Notes: generated from the sequence alone by a model not told the origin. A stretch of DNA of 64,000 bases from an uncultured Thermoplasmata archaeon (GCA_963730815.1 CAVSTD010000011.1:117470-181469), one strand, 5' to 3'. Numbered from the stretch's first letter, positions 55,582 to 64,000 are shown. Made by a program: numbers and translations.

Positions 55582-57114
55582 GTGACATTTCACATCGGGC
55601 GTTTGCCCCCTCGGAGCGTCATCACCCTCTCGTCGGCGATCGTGGTACTCTTCGTTCTCAGCGCGGTCTCCCAAGCGAGCTCGCTCCGAGCGCCCTCCTC
55701 GCCCGGGCTCGCCTCGGTCGAGCTTCACTCCTTCACCAACACGACGAACACCCTGGTCGCGACGGTCGACGTGCCCGGGGGACCCACGAGCCTCTCCGCC
55801 ACGTTCGACCCAACGAACGGGTACGTTTACTTCGGGTCGAACGGGACCAATCTCACCGCGATCAACGGCGCAACGAATCAGGTGACCGACCAGCTCTATT
55901 TGGGGCCGTACGCGAGTCCGGCGACGCCGAATTACGTCGGGGGGACCGTCAATGACCTCTACGCCCCGGTGATCTCGACGGACCCGCCGCCCGACAACGT
56001 GACCGTGGTCTCGGGGGCTACGAACCACATCGTGAAGTACCTTTCGACGGGGCACAACTCCTACCCGGTAACCGGTGTCCTGGACCCCGCGAACGGATAC
56101 CTGTATGTGCCCGCGATGGGGGCCACGCTGCAATCGCACGTCACCGTGATTGACACCGCGACCAACACCGTCGTGGCGACGATCCCCGTAGGCGCCTTCC
56201 CCACTACGCCCGCTTACGACCCTACGAGCGGCGACATCTACGTGCCCAACACTTTTTCTTCGAACAATCTCAGCGTCATCGATGCGGCCACGAACAAGGT
56301 CGTGGCATCCATCCCGATCACTTTCCCCACTAGCGGAACGATCGCGGTGGAGGATTTCCTCTCCGAGTCTCCGGTCTACGACCCTGTGACTCAGGCAATC
56401 TACCAGCCCGACACGGGCAACGTAACGCTGACCGAGATCAAGGGCACGGCGTTCGTAAAGAATTTCACGGTCGGACCCGGCCCGCAAACACCGGCGGTCG
56501 ACCCGGTGAATGGCAATCTATGGGTTCCGATCGCGTTCACTAGTTTGACGACGGGCGCCCTGAACTACTCGGTCTCGATCGTCAACGTCGCCTCGAACAC
56601 AGTGACCAACATTACCGTGGGAGAGAGCCCCGAGACTCCCGTCTACGACCCCGGGAACAACGAAATGTACATCGCGTGCCTGGCTCCGCACAGCGACTAC
56701 GGGCTGGTCACGATCGTCAACGCCACTACCGACCGGGTGGTCGCCAACGTCACCCTTGGATTATCCCCAGAGGTTCCCGCCTTCGATACCACGAACGACG
56801 AAATGTACTTCCCCAATTTTGACAGCAACAACGTGAGCGTGGTCGCCGCGGGAGTCTATACCGGAAGCGGGTCGGGTGGCTCTGGAAGCTCGGGCGGGGG
56901 CAGCGGCGCGACCCCGGCCTTCCTCGGGCTCCCGGGCGATGACGGTTACTTCCTGCTTGGAAGCGTCGCCGCGGCCGTCGTGGCGGCCGTGGGTGGAGTG
57001 TTGTATGTTCGTGCCCACCACGCGCCCAAGGGACCGGGCGGTTCGGGCTCGGTGCCGCCGCCCGGAGCCTGGACTCCTCCGCCTCCGCCCCCCCCGCCCC
57101 CACCCCCGCCGTAG
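55582..57114 (+). CDS. YVTN-family beta-propeller repeat surface protein with C-terminal TM anchor and poly-proline tail
   Basis: Signal-like N-terminus (ITLSSAIVVLFVLSAVSQASS). Repeated '...V..tI.VG..P....yDP.NG.iYV.N..sn.vsVId' units with many N-x-T/S sequons. A GS-rich linker, then TM FLLGSVAAAVVAAVGGVLYV. Ends with 12 consecutive Pro (57076-57111). Confidence 0.8.
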   Translation: MTFHIGRLPPRSVITLSSAIVVLFVLSAVSQASSLRAPSSPGLASVELHSFTNTTNTLVATVDVPGGPTSLSATFDPTNGYVYFGSNGTNLTAINGATNQVTDQLYLGPYASPATPNYVGGTVNDLYAPVISTDPPPDNVTVVSGATNHIVKYLSTGHNSYPVTGVLDPANGYLYVPAMGATLQSHVTVIDTATNTVVATIPVGAFPTTPAYDPTSGDIYVPNTFSSNNLSVIDAATNKVVASIPITFPTSGTIAVEDFLSESPVYDPVTQAIYQPDTGNVTLTEIKGTAFVKNFTVGPGPQTPAVDPVNGNLWVPIAFTSLTTGALNYSVSIVNVASNTVTNITVGESPETPVYDPGNNEMYIACLAPHSDYGLVTIVNATTDRVVANVTLGLSPEVPAFDTTNDEMYFPNFDSNNVSVVAAGVYTGSGSGGSGSSGGGSGATPAFLGLPGDDGYFLLGSVAAAVVAAVGGVLYVRAHHAPKGPGGSGSVPPPGAWTPPPPPPPPPPPP

Positions 57115-57336
57115 TACCTCTCGGTCCCACATTCGGCGAAGCGCGGCGACCGCCGGCAGCCGGGCGTACGATTTTGTCCTCGGCATCGGAGGAGGCGGAC
57201 CCGCCGATTGGAAGGACGCCGTCCTGCACTGTTTCATCGGAGACTCGCACGGGCTGGTCCGCGCCGGCAAGCGACTGAAATTGGGGGAGCTGGCTCCCAT
57301 CGCCGACGTGCTCGGCCCGATGGGGCTGTCCCCGAC

Positions 57337-58500
57337 CTACGCTCTCGTCGACCCGGGCGTGCCTCGGTCCGCTCTCGCGTCCGCGTCGGTCGGTCGATCC
57401 TTGGGAATGTAGTCGTTCAGCGTCGGCCGCGTGAGCAAGGCGTACCAGGGGGCGAGCACGTCGACGAGCGCTCCCACCAGCCCGTTGGCAACGAACCGAA
57501 GCGCGGACACCTTCCGGCTGAGGTACTGGGAATGCAATCGGTAGCCTTCGACATATGCCAAGATCATCGACACCCAGACGAAACCGGTGAACACACTCGT
57601 GGCGACGAGCAAGGGACCATACCGCAGCTCGATGCTCGCGATCAACAGGATGACGGATGGGAGCGCCGAGAACCACGACAATCCCGAATAGGCCACGGTA
57701 AGCCGCCGACGGAGAGGTAGCTCGTGGCAATGCAGGACGGCGAAGATCACCCCGTGCATCCATCGACGCCGCTGGCGTAACTGGTCGCGAAGCGAGAACG
57801 CGCCTTTCTCGTAGGCGAAACCCTTCAGGACCCCGAAGACCGAACCGTACCGCGCGCGAACGCGAATCTCGAACATCAGGTCCTCGGAGGGGGCATACCC
57901 TCGGGAGTCCCAGCCCACCGAATCCTCGACGTCCGCCCGGACCACGAAGTGCGACCCATGGAACCCCGCGGTCGGGTTCCCGGGCATCGTCATCGAATCG
58001 AGGACGCGCAGGTCGTCGTAAGACCGGGTAAGTTCTTGGATATGACTCGGCGTGCCCGTCCAGTCGATGGGGTAGAGGATGATCCCCGCGCCCAGCAGCG
58101 CTCGGCCGTCCCGGACAAAATCGGAGATTCCCGTAAGTGTGTCCTGACCGACACACGTTTCCTCGTCCTGGTGGTAGACCCAGACCGACGGGAGGGACAA
58201 ACCCAGCCGCTGACGAAGGTCGGAGGCGTACTGAAGGGCCCGTGCCTTTCCCTTCGTCTCGAGCGGGGTCCGGTAATCCTCCGGCACCACGACGATCCGC
58301 GCTCCGGCTTGCTCGAGACTTTCGTAAAGGGCCGGCGCGCTCCAGTATCCTTCGGGTTCCACGACGAGCCAGAGCAGGTACCGGAATCCGAGTCTCGGCG
58401 TATTCCGAAGCCAATGGAGGACCGAGCGCGCGGTCGCGTCGAGCGCGCGACCGTTCTTGCCGATGGCGGTGACCTGGAACAGAACCGTCGGCGGCTTCAC
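57337..58500 (-). CDS. membrane-bound family-2 glycosyltransferase (processive-type, QxxRW)
   Basis: 387 aa. N-terminal GT-A domain (HQDEET, SEDL), the QRRRW motif, then 3-4 TM helices. Confidence 0.75.
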   Translation of the reverse strand: MKPPTVLFQVTAIGKNGRALDATARSVLHWLRNTPRLGFRYLLWLVVEPEGYWSAPALYESLEQAGARIVVVPEDYRTPLETKGKARALQYASDLRQRLGLSLPSVWVYHQDEETCVGQDTLTGISDFVRDGRALLGAGIILYPIDWTGTPSHIQELTRSYDDLRVLDSMTMPGNPTAGFHGSHFVVRADVEDSVGWDSRGYAPSEDLMFEIRVRARYGSVFGVLKGFAYEKGAFSLRDQLRQRRRWMHGVIFAVLHCHELPLRRRLTVAYSGLSWFSALPSVILLIASIELRYGPLLVATSVFTGFVWVSMILAYVEGYRLHSQYLSRKVSALRFVANGLVGALVDVLAPWYALLTRPTLNDYIPKDRPTDADARADRGTPGSTRA

Positions 58501-58502
58501 TT

Positions 58503-59453
58503 CTACTCCGTGAGCTCAAGGCGATTCCGTCGGAGGACCCGTTGGGTTCCTCGGAACGCCGCGACAAAGAACGGAACCGGTATCATCCAGACCAATGGCA
58601 GAACGGCGAGCCAGAGCACCGGTACGGGTTCGCGGGCTTGCAGGGTGAGGAAGAGAAGGATCGAGCTGATGCAGGAGGCCGCGACGACGGTTCCCCAACC
58701 CAAAGCGCGCTGGCGTGCATGCAGGTCCCCGACGGTTTGATTGTACCGTGACAGCGTGAAGTCCTCGAACGACCCCGAGATCGTCGGCGGGTCCACGGGC
58801 GTGGAAATCTCCGTAGGGATTCCGGTCGAGCTCAAGGGTCGGGGACCCGGCAAGTCAAGAGACGAGGCCCGGCCAGATACCCCCTCGGCGTCCCGTTCCT
58901 CCGACCGTTCGGAACGAAGGAATCCGATCTCTGCCGAAGCCCGGTCGAGTTCTCGGTCGATCGTGGCGAGGGCGTTGCGAAGTCCCTGCAGGCTCCGTCC
59001 GACGCCTCGGGATTGGGTGACGAGCTCGGAAACAGCGGAGCGGGCGATGGTCAGCCGTTCCTCGAGGTACGGACTCGGTTCGCCCAGGCTCTCAGGACCG
59101 TTCGGCAGGAGCACCCGATCTCCGACGGACGGAGGTGCCGTTCCCGGCCCTTCTGGATTCTTCGAGGTAGGGGTACGGGGAGAAAGCTCTTCGTAGAGCC
59201 GGTCGAGCTCGCGAAGAAAGTAAGTGTCCTCATCCTCGATCTCCTCGAACTCCATCGGGGTGACCCGGCGTCCGGAGTCCGATTCAAGGTCCGTGGAGAA
59301 TACCGTCCGATCTTTCGGTTCGGGATCCTCCACGGGCAAGGGTCGGTCGTCACTCTCTTCGCGGCTCGTGCGGGTCGGCCCGGAAGGGCGAATCTCCTTC
59401 TTTTCACGTCCGGGAGGCGCTTGACCGGGCGACGAATCCTTGCGACGGGGCAA
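58503..59453 (-). CDS. hypothetical membrane protein (acidic/disordered N-terminus, coiled coil, two C-terminal TM helices)
   Basis: 316 aa. TTG start with minus-strand CATTAAAG (59476-59483) about 24 nt upstream. ATG at codon 67 is an alternative start. Confidence 0.55.
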   Translation of the reverse strand: MPRRKDSSPGQAPPGREKKEIRPSGPTRTSREESDDRPLPVEDPEPKDRTVFSTDLESDSGRRVTPMEFEEIEDEDTYFLRELDRLYEELSPRTPTSKNPEGPGTAPPSVGDRVLLPNGPESLGEPSPYLEERLTIARSAVSELVTQSRGVGRSLQGLRNALATIDRELDRASAEIGFLRSERSEERDAEGVSGRASSLDLPGPRPLSSTGIPTEISTPVDPPTISGSFEDFTLSRYNQTVGDLHARQRALGWGTVVAASCISSILLFLTLQAREPVPVLWLAVLPLVWMIPVPFFVAAFRGTQRVLRRNRLELTE

Positions 59454-59811
59454 CGTACGTCGCTCGATGTTTGACCTTTAATGCTATTCTTTCGAGACGC
59501 AACCCCGTTCGGTCGATTCGATTAGCTCACCGTACAGAGCGCCAAGCGGTTCGGGGGCACCGGCCGGGAGGCCTGGTGCATGGCAGCCGGCGGAACCGAG
59601 GGATCCGAATCCCGCGAGGTCGCTGAGGTAATGAATACCAACGCTTCCCCGCTTCATCTCCGCGACCGAGAATCCCTCTCCCCGCACGGCCTCGCTCGGC
59701 CCGCTTTCTTTCACTCTCTCGGCCGAGGAGCTGGCCCAGCGGGGGGCCGAAAACCTCGGGGCCGAACGGTCCCGCCTTTCGGATCTTGCTGCACGTCCCG
59801 GTCCCCCGACC

Positions 59812-61661
59812 GTGGAAAACTTCCTCGAACCGCTGAACCGTATCCTGGTCGCGGTCCGGGACATCGGCGCCCACGGTGGGCTGATGTTTCAAGCCCATCC
59901 GAGCGCGGAGACGCGACAAGCCGGCCGAGAGCTGTCCGAAGCTGCGGACCGGTTCTTCAACGAGTTCCGTGTCAACGAGGCCATCTACCGCGCCGTCCAA
60001 TCGATCGACCTGGTCGGAGCGGACCGCGAGACCATCGTCGGGGTCGAAAAGCTGCTTCGCGACATGCGTCGAGCCGGAGTCGAGCTCGTTCCTGTCCGAA
60101 GGAAGCAGGTCGTGGAATTGGCCAACCAAATCGACCGCGATTCAAACGAGTTCGCGGCGAACATCGCTTCCTCGAACCGCGCGGTCGCGGCGGAAAGCAG
60201 CGACGCGCTGCGCGGTCTCCCTCCCGATTTTCTCTCCTCGCATTCCCCCGGGGCGGACGGGAGAATTCGAATCTCCACGAAGTATCCGGACCTCTTTCCG
60301 GTGATGTCGTACACCGCGGACCCGGAGCTTCGCCGCAGGCTCCTCCACGAGTTCCTGAACGTTGCGTTTCCCGAGAACCTTCCCGTGCTCGACCAGCTCC
60401 TCGGTGACCGCCGCGAGTTCGTCCGCTTGTTGGGATACGCCGACTATGCCCAGTACGCGGTCGAGGACAAGATGACGGGGCGACCTCAGGTCGTGGCGGA
60501 ATTCCTCGACCGGATCGCCCAGCTGCTCGACGCACCGGCCAAGGTCGACCTCGCCCGCCTTCTCGCGCGAAAACGCAAGGACCTCCCCGGAGCGGACGAG
60601 CTTGAGGATTGGGACGGCCGTCTGTGGCCGGGCGGGTACTACGCCACCAAGATCCGCGAAGAGGAGCACGGCGTCGACATGCGTCGGGTTCGCGAATATC
60701 TCCCGTACCCCGCCGTGCGCGATGGTCTCTTCGACCTCTGTCGCGAGCTCTTCGGTCTCACGTTCCGACCGCACACCGAGACGCCCCTCTGGCACCCGAG
60801 CGTGGAGGCCTACGACGTGGAACGGAACGGGGTCCCGATCGGGCGCTGCTACTTCGACTTCGTGCCGAGGCCCGGCAAATTCAACCACGCGGCGCAGTTC
60901 GACGTTCGAACCGGCGTCATCGGAAGTGGGTTGCCGCAAGGAGCGCTGCTCTGCAATTTCCTGAGCGAGCAGGCGCCCCGCGAACACGTGCGGATGGAAT
61001 ACCGCGATGTCGTGACGTTCTTCCACGAGTTCGGGCATCTGCTCCACCACCTTCTTTCCGGAGACGGTCGGTGGCTCTACACCACCATGGGCTTCGCCGA
61101 GTGGGACTTCATCGAGGCACCCTCCCAACTATTCGAGGAGTGGGCGAGGGACCCGGCCACGCTCGCTCGGTTCGCCCGGAACCCGGACACGGGCGAGACG
61201 ATGCCCGCCGACCTCGTCGCTCGGCTGAAGAAGTCAGAGGCGGTCGGACGGGCCTACGGCGTCCTCCGCCAGGTCTTCCTCGCGACCCTTTCCCTCGAGA
61301 TTTACCTGCGCGACCCGAAGGGACTGGATACCTCCCGGCTGTTCCGGGAGGTCTATGAGAAGCGGTTGGGCGTGCCGTACAACCCCGAATACCACTGGAT
61401 CACAAGTTTTGGCCACCTGACCGGCTACTCGGCGATCTACTACACGTACCTCTGGTCGGCGGTCATCGCACGGGACCTCCTGACCCCGTTCGAGGCGAAG
61501 GGTTCCCTCACCGACCGAGCCACGGCCGAACGTTACGTGACCGAAGTGCTCGCTCCGGGGGAAGCCGGCCGGCCGCCGAACTCGTTCGGCGCTTCCTCGG
61601 CCGGGATTACACCTTCGACGCCTACGAGCGCTGGGTCCTCGCCGGCACGACGTCGTCATGA
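59812..61661 (+). CDS. M3-family (thimet oligopeptidase-like) zinc metallopeptidase, with a frameshift in a G-run at 61557-61561
   Basis: FHEFGHLLHH (HExxH) and YLWSAVIARD. After ...EVLAPG the family-typical end GSRPAAELVRRFLGRDYTFDAYERWVLAGTTSS* is in another frame, with its stop at 61659-61661. The N-terminus probably extends upstream: in-frame PLSFTLSAEEL resembles the THOP1 N-terminus, and ATG 59631 lies in a different frame. Confidence 0.85.
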
Positions 61662-61700
61662 GCGAGAAGGCGGGTTTTCGCTAGCCCCCGATCGAGCGGC

Positions 61701-61928
61701 CTACTTCGGAGGGGCGGCGACGCCGACGGGGTGGCGCGCGAGATAGCTCCGACCGAGAGCCCAGCCGATCACGGCTCCGAGCACGCCGCCGATGACGGCG
61801 CCGATGATCAGGTACTCCAGGGACGGGACGAGGTCACTCAGGGCGATGACCGCGACCTGTTGGAGGAAGATCACGATCACGATGCCCAATACAACGCCGC
61901 ACGAGGCGCCGTGGGACGTCGCGCTCAC
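61701..61928 (-). CDS. small two-TM membrane protein (Gly-zipper type)
   Basis: 75 aa: GVVLGIVIVIFL and IIGAVIGGVLGAVIGWALG. It no longer overlaps the M3 gene once that gene's frameshift is corrected. Confidence 0.5.
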   Translation of the reverse strand: MSATSHGASCGVVLGIVIVIFLQQVAVIALSDLVPSLEYLIIGAVIGGVLGAVIGWALGRSYLARHPVGVAAPPK

Positions 61929-62689
61929 GAGACACCTCCCGCCGGAGGAGGAGTTTCAGTCGGGGGAGGAGTTTCCGTCGGGGTATCGGGCGGAGTTTCC
62001 GGAGGAGCTTCTGCCGGAGCCTCCGCCGCCTTCGCAGGAGTTTGCGGGGCGGCGCCGGAGGGCGGAGGAGTCTCGGGGGGCGCAGCGGGCTTACGACCGA
62101 GGGCGGCGTAGCGACCCGAGCGGACGAGCGCGTAGACCTCATACACTACCAGGAGCAGAAGAACGATCGGGATGACCGCGAGGAAGCCGAGCGGGGCATT
62201 GCCGGTTACGTAGAAGTCCTCGCTCCACATCGTGGTACCGTTCGGGGCGATCACGCTGGCGGTGAGTTTGTAGACGCCTTCGAGAACGTAACCGATCGAG
62301 AGGGGGGTCCAGTTCAGGGGCACACTCCCGCTCGTCTGAGCTACGCTCAGGCTGACATCCCGGGTTGCCACCGCGAATCCGAAGTAGAACATCTGAAGTC
62401 GAGCATCGTTGATACCCGGCGCGGGAACGTTCGACCACTTGTAGAGCAGATTCGCCGATTGAGAGAAGTCGATGGAGAGGGCCGACGAAATGGTACCGAG
62501 CGTGGAAATATCCACGCCATTCCACGTCACATCCCCGGTAATCCCGGCCGCCGGTTGGACGGCCGCGGAACGCGACGCGGAGGACGCAATCGTGGAAGCG
62601 GGAAGGTTCAGAAGGAGGCCCATCAGGGCGAACGCGAGAACCACGATGGCGAAGCTCCCCCGGGCCCGGCGCGGTCGGGACAGACGCAT
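61925..62689 (-). CDS. secreted/membrane-anchored protein with Pro/Thr/Glu-rich cytoplasmic tail
   Basis: Signal peptide (FAIVVLAFALMGLLLNLPA), a beta-rich ectodomain, and TM FLAVIPIVLLLLVVYEVYAL. The tail reads ...PPETPPPSGAAP...ETPPDTPTETPPPTETPPP. Confidence 0.65.
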   Translation of the reverse strand: MRLSRPRRARGSFAIVVLAFALMGLLLNLPASTIASSASRSAAVQPAAGITGDVTWNGVDISTLGTISSALSIDFSQSANLLYKWSNVPAPGINDARLQMFYFGFAVATRDVSLSVAQTSGSVPLNWTPLSIGYVLEGVYKLTASVIAPNGTTMWSEDFYVTGNAPLGFLAVIPIVLLLLVVYEVYALVRSGRYAALGRKPAAPPETPPPSGAAPQTPAKAAEAPAEAPPETPPDTPTETPPPTETPPPAGGVS

Positions 62690-62767
62690 GGGCTGCGCAC
62701 GGAGCCTCGGGCATATGAACTCATGGTTAGTAACTTGCCGAGGTCAAGAAGCGCGACCCGGACGGAA

Positions 62768-63976
62768 CTAGCTCGAAGCTTGCGACCCGCCGAACGTGGA
62801 CTGGAAACGTTCGAGGTCTTCCGCCTTCATCAGCCCCGGAGCTAGGTAGAGCCACACTCGAGCGTCGTTTTCTCGTGCTAATCGGTCGAACTGAACGAGT
62901 CCGTTGAGGACCGCGTCGGCGCCGTGCAGCCGAACCAGGTACTCGATACCCTCGAGGAAGAACGCTGTCACGCGCTCCTCGAGGAGCTTCTGGCTCAGGA
63001 ACGTCCAAGCTCCTTCGAGGTCCGAGGGGCGCAGCGCAGGTCCGCGGCCGATATTCGTCAGCCAGAACACTTCGATGGGGCGGGACCCGACTCGCGTGCG
63101 GATCCTCTCGGGCGACTCTCGGACCACGCATACTCCGCGATGGCCGGCCGACGCGGCCTCGAGGATTCCGCTGAGCGATGCGACCAGCGAGTCGCCCGCC
63201 GCAAGCTCGACCCCTGAGGGGGGAGGCGGTGGCTCGGGCGCGACCGGAGCGAGAACCGGCGCAGGCACAGCCACACTGATGGGAGGTATCGGCGCAGGAG
63301 GCTCGACCGGCGAAAGAGGGAGGAACGGCACGTCGGTGGGGGCGGCGGGCGGAATCGTCCCCACGTCGGTGGGGGCGGCGGGCGGAATCGTTTCAGGGAC
63401 GGATGTGCTTTCGAGATCCGGTTCCGGGCCTGCCGGAGCCGGGGGGGTTTCCTCGTTCCCGCGAGGCGCCTCCTCCGGTGCCTCGATGACCGGTTCATTC
63501 ATGGAGGTCTCGAGACTCGAAGGACTCTGCTCCTCGATAGGAGGGGGGGTTTCGAGAAGAGGAGGGGGCTCGGCAGATTCGGCCGGAATCAGTTCTGCCG
63601 GAACAGTTTCGGGCGGTTCCACTGGTTCGGCCGGGAGGAGAGGTGTCTCCGCGACTCCGATAGCTTCCGTTGGGTGCGGTTCGGGCACCGTCGTTTCGGT
63701 CGGGGTGGCGACTTCTTCCTCGGGAAGATTCCTCGTTTCCGGAAGCGAAGAAGGCTCGGCGGATTCGGGCGTAGAACGCGCGGTTTCCTCGGAGGCGATT
63801 TGGTCCACCGAACCGGGTTCTGCTTCCCCCTCGGCCGGCGAGGGGGGCTCGGGAACCAATTCCGGTTCCGTCGGAACGATGGCGGCCTCGGGGCTCGGCG
63901 CCATTTCCTCGGACGGGCCCAGTGTGGGCGGCGTCTCGGGAGGACCGGCTTCCTCGGGTGCAGGGAGTTCGGACAT
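62768..63976 (-). CDS. DUF835-domain protein with ~260-aa Pro/Glu-rich disordered N-terminal region
   Basis: The C-terminal ~130 aa (GVCVVRESPERIRTRVGSRPIEVFWLTNIG...ALRPSDLEGAWTFLSQKL...AFFLEGIEYLVRLHGADAVLNGLVQFDRLARENDARVWLYLAP) match the DUF835 pattern. ATG 63976 is near the window edge. Confidence 0.7.
   Translation of the reverse strand: MSELPAPEEAGPPETPPTLGPSEEMAPSPEAAIVPTEPELVPEPPSPAEGEAEPGSVDQIASEETARSTPESAEPSSLPETRNLPEEEVATPTETTVPEPHPTEAIGVAETPLLPAEPVEPPETVPAELIPAESAEPPPLLETPPPIEEQSPSSLETSMNEPVIEAPEEAPRGNEETPPAPAGPEPDLESTSVPETIPPAAPTDVGTIPPAAPTDVPFLPLSPVEPPAPIPPISVAVPAPVLAPVAPEPPPPPSGVELAAGDSLVASLSGILEAASAGHRGVCVVRESPERIRTRVGSRPIEVFWLTNIGRGPALRPSDLEGAWTFLSQKLLEERVTAFFLEGIEYLVRLHGADAVLNGLVQFDRLARENDARVWLYLAPGLMKAEDLERFQSTFGGSQASS
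63329..63391. repeat. 33-bp tandem duplication inside the DUF835 gene
   Basis: CACGTCGGTGGGGGCGGCGGGCGGAATCGT occurs at 63329-63358 and again at 63362-63391. It encodes TIPPAAPTDVG / TIPPAAPTDV on the minus strand. Confidence 0.85.
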
Positions 63977-64000
63977 CGCCGAGGGAACCTCGGTCGGAAA

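Noticed and set aside
1-64000. CRISPR arrays, rRNA genes, transposases or IS elements, toxin-antitoxin pairs, and restriction-modification systems.
   Set aside because: Reading through both strands, I saw none of the following.
- No regularly spaced 25-40 nt repeats.
- No rRNA-like conserved blocks.
- No DDE, serine or tyrosine recombinase motifs.
- No methyltransferase-endonuclease pairs.
The only tandem or direct repeats found are those reported at 49993-50075, 61941-62000 and 63329-63391.

Overview
This is a gene-dense, high-GC (roughly 65%, judged by eye) chromosomal segment from an archaeon. I did all work by hand with no tools, so family calls rest on motifs I recognise, and start codons and promoters are provisional.

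**Why it is archaeal**
- Ribosomal proteins L15e, LX, L44e, S27e and the L1-P0-P1 operon.
- The Nop5-fibrillarin pair and Nop10.
- aIF2-alpha, prefoldin alpha and beta, Pcc1 (KEOPS), GINS51, Trm56, and DRG/YchF GTPases.

**Other content**
- I support about 70 CDS, one tRNA-Gln(UUG), and several TATA-like promoters whose spacing suggests leaderless or short-leader transcripts.
- Metabolic genes include pyk, purB, purF, arcC, queC, argS, mvk, a GGPP synthase, a PduO-type adenosyltransferase and PPK2.
- I saw no rRNA, CRISPR array, transposase, integrase or obvious mobile element.

**Most useful observations**
1. Five, possibly six, single-base frameshifts interrupt otherwise intact conserved genes, including essential ribosomal protein P0. 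Several sit in G/C runs. I read them as consensus indel errors, not biology.
2. A tight minus-strand operon encodes a HerA/FtsK/VirD4-like ATPase plus two KaiC/RecA-like proteins carrying one intact and two degenerate P-loops.
3. A co-directional radical-SAM(SPASM-like) / 112-aa protein / SH3-NlpC/P60 trio. An NlpC/P60 peptidase is unexpected in an archaeon.
4. A membrane-anchored cupredoxin lies divergent from a NosY/NosF-like ABC module, across a 400-bp GC-rich stretch I could not assign.
5. An AT-rich, repeat-laden control region sits upstream of an RHH regulator.
6. A lower-GC hemerythrin gene sits next to a 350-bp ORF-free spacer.
7. A cluster of surface and Pro/Glu-rich proteins includes a 12-proline C-terminus and a 33-bp tandem repeat.
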